Source: an uncultured Pseudomonadota bacterium (lineage in GTDB: Bacteria; Pseudomonadota; Alphaproteobacteria; RF32; CAG-239). Taken from it: a stretch of DNA of 64,000 nt. The stretch is from NCBI GenBank assembly GCA_902763535.1, contig CACWSG010000004.1:7568-71567 (forward strand). The letters run 5' to 3'. Below the pieces are notes generated by a model, which worked only from the letters and a program-made list of their open reading frames with translations, ran no database searches and was not told the origin of the DNA. Each line of letters begins with the position of its first letter. The stretch's first letter is position 1. This document shows positions 36,795-45,810 of this stretch, in pieces. Made by a program: the position numbers and the translations under genes.

Positions 36795-38339
36795 ATGTAC
36801 AAATTGTCAAAATCACGAATTATAATCATCTTGGCTATATGTTTGGTCGGGTTTTTCTTTGCTTTGCCTAATGTTATGCCAAATAAAGATGCACTTCCCA
36901 AATGGTGGCAGCCTGTTAGTTTGGGACTCGATTTGCAGGGCGGATCCAACCTTTTGTTGGAAGTAAAATTAGATGAAGTCTTAAAGGAGCGTATGTCATC
37001 AATTGAGGATTCGGCTCGTCAGATTTTGCGTGAAAACAAGATTCGTTACAAGAGCATTACCTCAAATGAGAATGGGGTTAAGGTTATAATTGACAATGCC
37101 GGATCGCGCACCAAAGCGGCCGGATTGTTCCGCAAAATTGATGAAGGTATCATTGCAAACGAAACAGAAGATGGCGGGTTGCTTATCAATTATAGTGAAG
37201 TGGCAATTAATCAGTTGAAAGCTAAAGTTGTTGAACAGTCAATTGAGATTGTTCGTCGTCGTATTGATGAACTTGGCACCAAAGAACCTTTGATTCAATC
37301 GCAGGGCACCAGCCGAATTGTTGTTCAACTTCCCGGATTGCAAAATCCTGAACAAGTCAAAGCTTTGCTAGGCAAAACCGCTAAAATGTCGTTCCACCTG
37401 GTTGACAGCAATGCCAAAATGTCAGATGCCAAACGCGGTATGGTCGGCGGAAAATACAAACTGGTTTATGGTGAAATGGGCGAGCCTTATTTCGTAACTC
37501 GCAAGCCGGTTGTCGGCGGCGAAAATTTGGTTGATGCACAAGCCACATTCCAAAACGGTGAGGCAGTGGTCTCTTTCCGTTTTAATTCATTGGGTGGTAA
37601 AAAATTTGGCGAAGCAACCAAAAACAATATTGGTGAAAGATTGGCCATCGTTTTGGATAACGAGGTAATTTCTGCTCCCACTATTCAGGGGGCAATTATG
37701 GGTGGATCCGGTGTCATTACCGGCAACTTTACTATTCAGTCGGCCAATGATTTGGCTTTGTTGTTGCGCTCCGGTGCTTTGCCTGCTCCGTTGGAGGTTT
37801 TGGAAGAACGCACGGTCGGGGCCGGATTGGGCGCCGATTCGATTAAGGCTGGTGTTATCGCTTCCATTATCGGACTTATAGCTGTTGTTGCTTTTATGCT
37901 TGCGGCCTATGGACTGTTCGGTGTGTTCACTACCATTGCCGTATTTACCAACCTGATTTTGATGATGGCCGCCTTGAGTGTGTTGGGTGCTACTTTGACT
38001 TTGCCCGGTATTGCCGGTATGATTTTGAGTATCGGCATGGCGGTTGATGCTAATGTTTTGATTTTTGAACGTATGCGTGAAGAGGTAAAAGGCGGTCGCT
38101 CGACTCGTGATGCTGCCGATGCCGGATTTAACGAGGCTTGGGCAACTATTGTCGATTCTAACTTAACGACCTTGGTTGCGGCTTTGGTTTTGTTCTATTT
38201 TGGTACCGGACCGGTCAGAGGCTTTGCCGTTACTTTGGCAATCGGTATTGCGACCTCGATGTTTACATCTGTAACAATTACCCGCGTGATTATTACAACA
38301 TGGCTTAACAAATATAAGCCTACCAAGTTGCCTATATAG
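36795..38339 (+). CDS. secD: Protein translocase subunit SecD
   Basis: 514 aa, LGLDLQGG motif, C-terminal 6-TM RND-like domain. Confidence 0.9.
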   Translation: MYKLSKSRIIIILAICLVGFFFALPNVMPNKDALPKWWQPVSLGLDLQGGSNLLLEVKLDEVLKERMSSIEDSARQILRENKIRYKSITSNENGVKVIIDNAGSRTKAAGLFRKIDEGIIANETEDGGLLINYSEVAINQLKAKVVEQSIEIVRRRIDELGTKEPLIQSQGTSRIVVQLPGLQNPEQVKALLGKTAKMSFHLVDSNAKMSDAKRGMVGGKYKLVYGEMGEPYFVTRKPVVGGENLVDAQATFQNGEAVVSFRFNSLGGKKFGEATKNNIGERLAIVLDNEVISAPTIQGAIMGGSGVITGNFTIQSANDLALLLRSGALPAPLEVLEERTVGAGLGADSIKAGVIASIIGLIAVVAFMLAAYGLFGVFTTIAVFTNLILMMAALSVLGATLTLPGIAGMILSIGMAVDANVLIFERMREEVKGGRSTRDAADAGFNEAWATIVDSNLTTLVAALVLFYFGTGPVRGFAVTLAIGIATSMFTSVTITRVIITTWLNKYKPTKLPI

Positions 38340-38361
38340 ATAATGAAAAGGATTTAAGACT

Positions 38362-39297
38362 ATGATGAAAATGTTTAAGTGGGTTACACTTGATACCAAT
38401 TTCAATTTTATGAAAGCCAAAAAGCTGACCTATATATTGTCGTCTTCGTTGGTAGTATTGTCATTGGTATGTATTATGGTTAAGGGGTTTAATTTCGGTA
38501 TTGATTTTTCCGGCGGTATTTTGATGGAAATAAAGTCTGAAAACAAAATCAATGTTGATGAACTTCGCAATACATTAAACAAACTCAATGTTGACGATTT
38601 GAACTTGCAATCCATGGGCGATGACGGTACCGAAATGGTTATTCGTGCGCAGGCCAAAACCTTGGATGAAAAGGCACAAATGGCCGTTGTCAACGAAATA
38701 AAATCGACCTTGGGTAATGATTATGAGTATCGCCGCGTAGAGTTGGTCGGTCCGCAAGTCGGCGGTGAACTTAAAAAAGATGGGTTAATTGCATCTGTTA
38801 TTGCCATTTTAGCGATTACTGCTTATGTTTGGTTCAGATTCGAATGGCAGTTTGCTTTGGGTGCTATTCTTGGTTTGACCCATGATGTCATTGTTACTGC
38901 CGGATTGCTTTCATTGTTTGGTTTGGATTTCAGCCTGACTACGGTTGCCGCAATTTTAACCTTAGCCGGTTATTCGGTTAATGACACTGTGGTAACTTAT
39001 GATCGTATTCGAGAAAATTTGCGTAAATATAAAAAGATGAAACAAACCGATTTGCTCAATAAGAGCATCAACGATATTTTATCGCGTACATTTTTGACCG
39101 GTTTGACCACATTGTTTGCAGCCTTGGCTTTGTTGATTTGGGGCGGTGATGCATTGCGTTCGTTTGCTTTTACCATTTTCTTTGGTATTGTAATCGGTAC
39201 CTATTCATCTATTTATGTTTGCACCACATTACTGGAGTTGTTTGATTTGCGTGCTCATCAGGATGAAGCAACAATTAATCCGTTTGGTAATGCTTAA
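38362..39297 (+). CDS. secF: Protein translocase subunit SecF
   Basis: GIDFSGG motif, 6 TM, follows secD. Confidence 0.9.
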   Translation: MMKMFKWVTLDTNFNFMKAKKLTYILSSSLVVLSLVCIMVKGFNFGIDFSGGILMEIKSENKINVDELRNTLNKLNVDDLNLQSMGDDGTEMVIRAQAKTLDEKAQMAVVNEIKSTLGNDYEYRRVELVGPQVGGELKKDGLIASVIAILAITAYVWFRFEWQFALGAILGLTHDVIVTAGLLSLFGLDFSLTTVAAILTLAGYSVNDTVVTYDRIRENLRKYKKMKQTDLLNKSINDILSRTFLTGLTTLFAALALLIWGGDALRSFAFTIFFGIVIGTYSSIYVCTTLLELFDLRAHQDEATINPFGNA

Positions 39298-39312
39298 AAT
39301 TGGCGAGGTGAG

Positions 39313-40119
39313 ATGAGTAAAATATCTTGGAAACCTGGAACAATGCTTTTTCCGTTGCCGCCGGTAATGGTTACCTGCGGCACTATGGAAAAACCTAATG
39401 TGCTGACTATTGCTTGGACCGGAATAGTCAATTCAGAGCCGCCCTTGACTTATATATCAGTGCGTCCTTCCAGATATTCTCACGACATTATCGCTGAAAA
39501 CAAAGAATTTTGTATCAATTTGGTAAACCTTCCTCTGGCAAAAGCCTGCGATTATTGCGGTGTGAAGAGCGGAGCCAAAACCGATAAATTTAAGGATATG
39601 AATCTTGAGCTGGAAGCTTGCTCACAAATAAAAGCTCCTCAGCTCAAAGCTTCACCGGTAACTTTGGAATGTAAGGTTTTGGATAGTGATAAACTTGACA
39701 CTCATGAAATGTTTTTGGCTGAGATTGTCAATGTGAACATTGATGACAAATATATTGAAGAAGACAATCGCTTGGCGGTTGAAAAAATGGGTTTGGTTGC
39801 TTTTGCTCATGGCAGATATTATACTTTGGGGCGCGATTTAGGAGGATTTGGTTTTTCAGTTGATAAAACCAAAGAAAATAAAACTAAACCGCGTAAGTCC
39901 AAATTTATGGAAATCCTGAAGATTGAGGAGCAACTTAAAGAAGGCACTTTAAAAATAAAAGACAAAAAGCCATCGCTAAAGAAGGCTTTGGCCGAGAAAA
40001 AAGCTGCCGCTAAACATAACAAGCGTTCGCGCAATCATAATTTTTTGCAAATTGATCGCCGCCGACGCGCAAAAAAGCACAGACCGCAAGTCTCATCTCC
40101 TCAAAATGATAATAAGTGA
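39313..40119 (+). CDS. Flavin reductase-like (FMN-binding split-barrel) protein with an ~80-aa Lys/Arg-rich tail
   Basis: PLPPVMVTCGT..NVLTIAWTGIVNSEPPLTYISVRPSRYSH is typical of the Flavin_Reduct domain. The tail KENKTKPRKSK...RRRRAKKHR is low complexity. Confidence 0.7.
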   Translation: MSKISWKPGTMLFPLPPVMVTCGTMEKPNVLTIAWTGIVNSEPPLTYISVRPSRYSHDIIAENKEFCINLVNLPLAKACDYCGVKSGAKTDKFKDMNLELEACSQIKAPQLKASPVTLECKVLDSDKLDTHEMFLAEIVNVNIDDKYIEEDNRLAVEKMGLVAFAHGRYYTLGRDLGGFGFSVDKTKENKTKPRKSKFMEILKIEEQLKEGTLKIKDKKPSLKKALAEKKAAAKHNKRSRNHNFLQIDRRRRAKKHRPQVSSPQNDNK

Positions 40120-40215
40120 TTAAAAAAATTGTGGATTAAAGCTTGCTATTTTTGGGAAGATAATGTAGATTCCTGAGTGAATTTTGGGTATTAATTTTAA
40201 CAGTAAGGATATGAT

Positions 40216-40521
40216 ATGAGCACAATTACTCGTTCTGATGTTGTCGATGCGATATACAGTGAAATAGGTTTATCAAGAAAAGATTCCGGCGATATATTGG
40301 ATATGGTTATTGATGAAATTGTAAAAGAGTTGAGCTCAGGTAATGATGTTAAGTTATCAACTTTCGGTACTTTTTCGTTACATGATAAAAATGCTCGTAT
40401 TGGTCGCAATCCTAAAACCGGTGTTTCTGCGACAATTTCTCCTCGTCGGGTAATTTCTTTCAAAGCATCGCAGACATTGCGTAACCGCATAAATCGTCGC
40501 GGCAAGTATAAAGCAGCTTAA
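40216..40521 (+). CDS. ihfA: Integration host factor subunit alpha
   Basis: HU/IHF fold. GFGTF-like [22 protein letters not shown], 101 aa. Confidence 0.85.
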   Translation: MSTITRSDVVDAIYSEIGLSRKDSGDILDMVIDEIVKELSSGNDVKLSTFGTFSLHDKNARIGRNPKTGVSATISPRRVISFKASQTLRNRINRRGKYKAA

Positions 40522-40522
40522 T

Positions 40523-40918
40523 ATGACAGTAAACAAAAGTAAATCTGCATTTCGCACCATTGCTGAACTGGCTGAAGAGCTGGGAGTTGCGACGCATGTT
40601 TTACGTTTTTGGGAAACCAAATTTGAACAAATCAAGCCGATGAAACGCGCCGGTGGACGCCGTTACTATCGTCCTGATGATGTCGAGCTTATCAAAGCTA
40701 TTAAGACTTATCTTTATGACAAAAGGTACACTATTGAGGGTGTGCAGAAGCTTTTTAAGGAAAAAGGCTTAAAAGCTATTTTGGGTGAAGAGATTCAAAA
40801 AGACTTTTTTGCGGAAGCCCCACAAGAAGTCGAATTAAACGAAAATTCCCGTGAGATATTGACACGCATTAAATCATCGCTTGAAGATATAAAAAGCAAA
40901 CTTTTGGAAGCTGTATAG
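40523..40918 (+). CDS. MerR-family transcriptional regulator (ihfA-linked type)
   Basis: [32 protein letters not shown]. Starts 1 nt after the ihfA stop, the conserved alphaproteobacterial arrangement. Confidence 0.8.
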   Translation: MTVNKSKSAFRTIAELAEELGVATHVLRFWETKFEQIKPMKRAGGRRYYRPDDVELIKAIKTYLYDKRYTIEGVQKLFKEKGLKAILGEEIQKDFFAEAPQEVELNENSREILTRIKSSLEDIKSKLLEAV

Positions 40919-41025
40919 TTTTTATTGCATAAAATTTATTTTGTATAACTGTTAGAAAGTGTTTGTATTAAAGCGCACTCTAACAGTTATTTTATATTTG
41001 CTTATAATATTAAGGAGTAATTATC

Positions 41026-42035
41026 ATGATGAGATTTTTGCTGACTTTGTTTTTAACCGTAATAATAGGGAAAAATGTAATGGCTGAAGATATACTAACC
41101 GCAAAAGAACAAGCTATCGCTTATGTGTCATCTTATGCAGCACGCGGCGATCAAATGGGCTTGAAAAAAGCAATTATACAAGGATTGGATAAAGGTGTTA
41201 CTATTAACGAACTTAAAGAAGTTTTGGTGCAGAGCTATGCCTATTGCGGTTTTCCGCGCAGTCTTAACGCATTGTCAACTTTGATGCAGACAGTGGAAGA
41301 ACGCGGCAATAAAGATGAAAAAGGTGCTGAGCCCGGTGCCAAACCGCAAGGAAGCAGCTTGGTATATGGCACGGAAAATCAGACCAAATTAACCGGAGCC
41401 GAGGTAAAAGGTAAACTGTTTGAATTTGCTCCGGCAATTGATGAATACTTAAAAGCCCACTTATTTGGTGATATTTTTGCTCGTGATAATTTGGATTGGA
41501 AAACTCGCGAACTGGCTACTATTGCTATGTTGGCTTCGCGTCAAGGAGTTGAAAGTCAATTGCAGGCGCACATAAATATCGGCAAACATAATGGGTTAAG
41601 TGATGAGCAAATCTCTGAAATCTTGAAAATTGCCTCTAAAACCGGAGCTGAGGCTGTGTTGTTTGGTTTTGGCGAAGAAAATACAGCTTATGCTCAATAT
41701 TTTATCGGTAAAAGCTATTTGCAGCCATTGACATCTGATGGAGTGGGAATGGCAAATGTCACATTTGAGCCCAAGTGCCGCAACAATTGGCATATTCATC
41801 ATAAAGGCGGTCAGATATTATTGGTTGTTGCCGGACAGGGATGGTATCAGGAATGGGGCAAACCGGCACAAAGCTTAAAGCCGGTGATGTAGTGAATATC
41901 CCTGCTGAGACAAAGCATTGGCACGGTGCCGCGGCTGATAGTTGGTTTACCCATATTGCAGTAGCCGTTCCGGCCGAAGGTGCAACAACCGAATGGCTGG
42001 AGCCGGTCAGCGATGAGGAATATAACAAATTGTAG
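41026..42035 (+). pseudogene. Exported carboxymuconolactone-decarboxylase (AhpD-like)/cupin fusion, interrupted by a 1-nt frameshift
   Basis: ORF 41026-41892 ends inside a cupin motif (HIHHKGGQILLVVAGQGWYQEWGKPAQSLK|PVM*). Frame +1 continues it (..LKAGDVVNIPAETKHWHGAA). The shift maps to ttaaag at 41875-41880, and one extra A would restore the frame. Signal peptide MMRFLLTLFLTVIIGKNVMA. Confidence 0.6.
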
Positions 42036-42128
42036 ATTAATCATTTGATATAAATAGCAATACCGCTTGCATCGTAAAACTTTTAGTTTTAATATACAGG
42101 CGGTTTTTGTTTTTATCAGAGGTCTAGT

Positions 42129-43601
42129 ATGTTGTCTTTATCTATTATTTTTATCGGTTATATGATTTTTGCCACAGCGAATTGGATTATTCATAAATTT
42201 GGTCCGGTAACTTATGAACAAATTATGTTTCATCTTAATATGCCGTTTGATTCTGAAACCAGATTGATGATGAGTTATTTCAAAAACTCAATTATGACTG
42301 CAACTATTGTTGTTTTGGTTTTGGTATTGCTCTTTTGCCGCAAATATAAATTTCATATAAAAGCAATCGATAAAATCAGAGACTACATTTACAACAAAAG
42401 GTTGATGATAAGTTTAGGCTGGTTGGCATTTTGTTGCTTGTGGTTTTTTGTGCGTATGAATGTTTGGACAATGATAAATTATCGCAATATCAAAAGCGAA
42501 ACCTCTAATTTTTATGAACAAAACTATGTTATTCCGCAACATACCAAAATAACTTTTCCCAAACACAAACGCAATTTAGTCTTGTTATTCATGGAAAGCA
42601 TGGAAGCGACCTATGCCAAAACTCCCAAACATGACTATTTTGACGCTGATTTAATACCTGAATTGCACCATTTGGCAAAACAAAACATCAATTTCAGCGA
42701 TAATGAATATATCGGAGGATCTTATCCGATTGATGGCACTCAGTGGACACAGGCAGGATTATTTGCACAAACTTGCGGAGCTCCAATTCAGCTTCCTATA
42801 GGTGACGCCAACTTATTTCACCCGAAAGAAAGTTTTTATCCCAATGCTTGGTGTCTGTACGACATTCTAAAGCAAAAAGGCTATGCGGAAAGTTTTCTCA
42901 TCGGTTCTAATGGTGAGTTTGCCGGTATGAACAGATTTGTCGAAACTCACGGCAAGCAAAAATTATTAGATATAATGTATTATGCCAAACGCGACAATAT
43001 TAAAGTATCATTTGAAAAAACCACCAAGTTGCCGGATAAACAACTTTTTGAATATGCTAAAGAAGAATTGTCTGATTTGGCAAAGCAAAATAAACCTTTT
43101 GTTTTTACTTTTATGACTTTGGATACTCATTATGGGACTGCCAAATTTGCTGATGATATTTGCGAGCGCAAATATGGAGCTGATAATAATATCAAAAATG
43201 TAATTTCTTGCTCCAGTTATCAAATCGGAGAATTTATCAATTGGTTGAAAGCACAAGACTTTTATCATGACACGGTGGTTGTTATGTTAGGCGACCATTT
43301 GACAATGAATGAGTGGTTCAGCTCGGATATGAATCGCAAAGTGCTTAATATATTTATCAATACTCCGATTGGTGCCGATAGAACTAAAAATCGTATTTTT
43401 ACTTCTTTTGATATTTATCCCACTATTGTCGAAAGCTTGGGGGCAAAAATTTCCGGACATCGCTTAGGTTTGGGCACATCTTTGTTTTCAGATATTCCGA
43501 CTTTAACTGAAAGTAAGATGAGTGTTGAAGAAATGGATACCGAAGTGCGTAAATCTTCCAAACTTTATGATTGGTTGCTTTACGGTAAAAATGTCAGATG
43601 A
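42129..43601 (+). CDS. Sulfatase-superfamily membrane transferase (LTA-synthase / phosphoglycerol-transferase OpgB-like)
   Basis: N-terminal TMs. MESMEATY, TLDTHYG and MLGDHL motifs of alkaline-phosphatase-superfamily transferases. Confidence 0.65.
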   Translation: MLSLSIIFIGYMIFATANWIIHKFGPVTYEQIMFHLNMPFDSETRLMMSYFKNSIMTATIVVLVLVLLFCRKYKFHIKAIDKIRDYIYNKRLMISLGWLAFCCLWFFVRMNVWTMINYRNIKSETSNFYEQNYVIPQHTKITFPKHKRNLVLLFMESMEATYAKTPKHDYFDADLIPELHHLAKQNINFSDNEYIGGSYPIDGTQWTQAGLFAQTCGAPIQLPIGDANLFHPKESFYPNAWCLYDILKQKGYAESFLIGSNGEFAGMNRFVETHGKQKLLDIMYYAKRDNIKVSFEKTTKLPDKQLFEYAKEELSDLAKQNKPFVFTFMTLDTHYGTAKFADDICERKYGADNNIKNVISCSSYQIGEFINWLKAQDFYHDTVVVMLGDHLTMNEWFSSDMNRKVLNIFINTPIGADRTKNRIFTSFDIYPTIVESLGAKISGHRLGLGTSLFSDIPTLTESKMSVEEMDTEVRKSSKLYDWLLYGKNVR

Positions 43602-43726
43602 GTGAAATTTGGGACTTATATAATGAACAACGCCAAATTATCGGAGAGCACACCCGAGGTGAGGAATTGCTGGATAACAACTTTATGATGAACATAAATT
43701 GGTGCAAACTCTGCAATATTTTCTGA
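43598..43726 (+). pseudogene. 42-codon remnant resembling the N-terminus of a NUDIX hydrolase
   Basis: MSEIWDLYNEQRQIIGEHTRGEELLDNNF.. resembles the EIWD.YDE.R..TG..H.RG N-termini of NUDIX proteins but stops before the NUDIX box. The ATG overlaps the upstream stop. Confidence 0.25.
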
Positions 43727-43740
43727 AATAACTTATCCTG

Positions 43741-45042
43741 TTATTCAGCCTCATCACTTTCTTTGATGCGTTCAATATCAGCACCGACACCACGCAATTT
43801 TTCTTCCAGTTTTTCATAACCGCGATCAAGGTGATAAACACGATTAACAATTGTCTCGCCTTCGGCAACCAGTCCGGCCAAAACCAGAGCAAAAGAAGCC
43901 CTTAAATCGGTTGCCATTACCGGAGCACCGGAGAGTTTTTCAACTCCGCGCACAATTGCCGAAGCGTGTCCGTGAACATTGATATTAGCTCCCATACGCA
44001 TCAATTCTGGCACATGCATAAAACGATTTTCCCAAATGGTTTCGGTAACCATTGATGCACCTTCGGCTGTCAGCATCAATGCCAAAAACTGTGCTTGCAA
44101 ATCGGTTGGAAAGCCGGGGTAAAAATCGGTCATAATATCTTGTCCGACCAGTTTTTTGCCTCTGGCATCAACAATGAGCGAGTTATCTTTTTCGGTTATC
44201 TCAACACCCATCGAGCGCAAAATACTCAAAGGAGTTTGCAAGGTTGAGCTTTGGGCATTTACCAATTCAATGCACCCGCGAGTAATAGCTGCTGCCACGG
44301 CATAGGATCCGGCTTCAATACGATCAGGGATAACTTTGTGAATAGCCTTGTGCAGACTCTCAACTCCTTCAATGGTTAAGGTTGAGGTATCGCGACCGGA
44401 TATTTTGGCACCCATGTCATTCAATAAATCAATCAAATCACCGATTTCCGGTTCCTTAGCCGCATTTTCGATTCTGGTTGTACCATCAGCCAAAGTTGCC
44501 GCCATTAAAATATTGCAGGTTGCCCCAACCGAGGCCACTTTAAATATAATGTCGGCACCATGTAAACGACCATTAATATCAGCATGAACATAACCGTTTT
44601 TAATTTCAATGGTTGCGCCCATTTGTTCCAAGGCACTTAAGTGTATGTCCATAGGTCTGGCACCGATAGCGCATCCCCCCGGCAAGGATAGTTCAACATG
44701 GCCATAACGCGCCAACAATGGTCCCAGAACATAATATGAAGCTCGCATTTTGCGCACATAATCATAAGGCGCAATCAAGCTGGTGGCTTCAAGGGTGGTA
44801 TAAGAATAAGTCTTAGTCGGGTGACCATCTACAAAATCATCAAACTCATCAATTTTGGTACCCATTTGCAAAAGTAGAGAGTTGAGCGACTTAATGTCCG
44901 ACAGCATTGGCATATTGGTCAAAGTAACCGTATCTTTGGTCAAGAGCGAAGCGCAAATCAAGGGCAGTGCGGCATTTTTAGCTCCGCTTATAAAAATTTT
45001 ACCGTTTAATTGATTACCGCCATGAATTTTGAGTTTATCCAT
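43741..45042 (-). CDS. murA: UDP-N-acetylglucosamine 1-carboxyvinyltransferase MurA
   Basis: 433 aa. ISGAKNAALP and active-site loop LPGGCAIGARPMD. Confidence 0.95.
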   Translation of the reverse strand: MDKLKIHGGNQLNGKIFISGAKNAALPLICASLLTKDTVTLTNMPMLSDIKSLNSLLLQMGTKIDEFDDFVDGHPTKTYSYTTLEATSLIAPYDYVRKMRASYYVLGPLLARYGHVELSLPGGCAIGARPMDIHLSALEQMGATIEIKNGYVHADINGRLHGADIIFKVASVGATCNILMAATLADGTTRIENAAKEPEIGDLIDLLNDMGAKISGRDTSTLTIEGVESLHKAIHKVIPDRIEAGSYAVAAAITRGCIELVNAQSSTLQTPLSILRSMGVEITEKDNSLIVDARGKKLVGQDIMTDFYPGFPTDLQAQFLALMLTAEGASMVTETIWENRFMHVPELMRMGANINVHGHASAIVRGVEKLSGAPVMATDLRASFALVLAGLVAEGETIVNRVYHLDRGYEKLEEKLRGVGADIERIKESDEAE

Positions 45043-45181
45043 TATTTGTCTCTTTCTTAAGTTCTGATCGTTTTGATTGTTGCAGTTTGCGTTTGGCTAT
45101 ATTTTTACGCAAAGCTTCCGCCTCACGAGAAATGCGAGCCTTAGAGCGAGGCTGATTGTTTTTTTTCTGATTTGCAACCAT
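45035..45181 (-). CDS. Small basic protein (48 aa), possibly DUF4169-like
   Basis: Start MVANQKK at 45181, end overlaps the murA start. Lys/Arg-rich SKARISREAEALRKNIAKRK. Weak family guess. Confidence 0.35.
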   Translation of the reverse strand: MVANQKKNNQPRSKARISREAEALRKNIAKRKLQQSKRSELKKETNNG

Positions 45182-45310
45182 AGCAAAGTCCTTATTTTTA
45201 TTTGAATATGGGGCATCATAACATAAAAGATGTAAAAAACAATTAAGATAATTAAAAAAATTACTTGATTTTTGTAATTTATGCTGTATGTTTGGCACAT
45301 ATTCAATGCC

Positions 45311-45362
45311 GGGCTCTACGAAAAAAAGATTTTATTATTATGCCGCTATAGCTCAGTGGTAG
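45311..45362 (+). repeat. Duplicate of the tRNA-Thr leader plus tRNA positions 1-21 (pseudo-tRNA fragment)
   Basis: 52 nt match 45488-45539 with 1 mismatch. After gccgctatagctcagtggtag the copy diverges. Confidence 0.85.
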
Positions 45363-45518
45363 TGCTAAGTAAAATTGATACAGTGTATCAATTTTGTCTG
45401 CAAACTCTTTGGAACATCTTAGCGAGAGAGGGCAGCTTAATAGCAACCGAAGCGAGCTTAGATGCCAAAGGCACACCCTTTAAGGGTGGGCTCTACGAAA
45501 AGAAGATTTTATTATTAT

Positions 45519-45593
45519 GCCGCTATAGCTCAGTGGTAGAGCACACCCTTGGTAAGGGTGGGGTCGCAAGTCCGATTCTTGCTAGCGGCACCA
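45519..45593 (+). tRNA. tRNA-Thr (anticodon GGT)
   Basis: Hand-folded cloverleaf: acceptor GCCGCTA/TAGCGGC, D-arm GCTC-AGTGGTA-GAGC, anticodon arm CACCC-TTGGTAA-GGGTG, T-arm GCAAG-TCCGATT-CTTGC, encoded CCA. The T-loop reads TCC rather than the usual TTC. Confidence 0.8.
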
Positions 45594-45755
45594 TTAAAAA
45601 AGCCACCTTTATGGTGGTTTTTTTAATGGTAACATAAGCCAAGAACAGACTTGCGGGGGTAACGCAAAGTCCGAACCGATTTCGCCAAAGCGTGAAATGC
45701 TTTGGCGGCAGAGGACGACAGCGAGCAAATGAGGATTTGCGAGCTGTCATTCGCA

Positions 45756-45786
45756 GCTAGCGGCACCATTAAAAAAACCACCTTTA
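45756..45786 (+). repeat. Duplicate of the tRNA-Thr 3' end plus terminator start (att-like)
   Basis: gctagcggcaccattaaaaaaaccaccttta matches 45581-45611 with 1 mismatch. Confidence 0.85.
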
Positions 45787-45810
45787 GAAGGTGGTTTTTT
45801 AATAAGCAAT

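Noticed and set aside
40945-40990. Inverted repeat ataactgttaga...tctaacagttat, whose arms contain TTAGA/TCTAA similar to the MerR-type dyad half-sites
   Set aside because: The arms are 22 nt apart rather than 2 nt. There is no TTGACT -35 and no 19-nt spacer geometry. The stem followed by a T-rich run is more simply the terminator of the MerR-family gene.
45342-45510. Possible intron-containing tRNA (tRNA 5' part, ~107-nt insert, anticodon-arm-like segment)
   Set aside because: The insert sits in the D-loop, not the anticodon loop, and is too short for a group I intron. The downstream arm has a 5-nt loop, and no T-arm or acceptor 3' strand follows. A degenerate duplication is the better explanation.
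45281-45750. ORFs 45281-45637 (+) and 45523-45750 (-) across the tRNA locus
   Set aside because: They run through the tRNA-Thr gene, its duplicated fragments and terminator hairpins. There is no RBS or protein motif.
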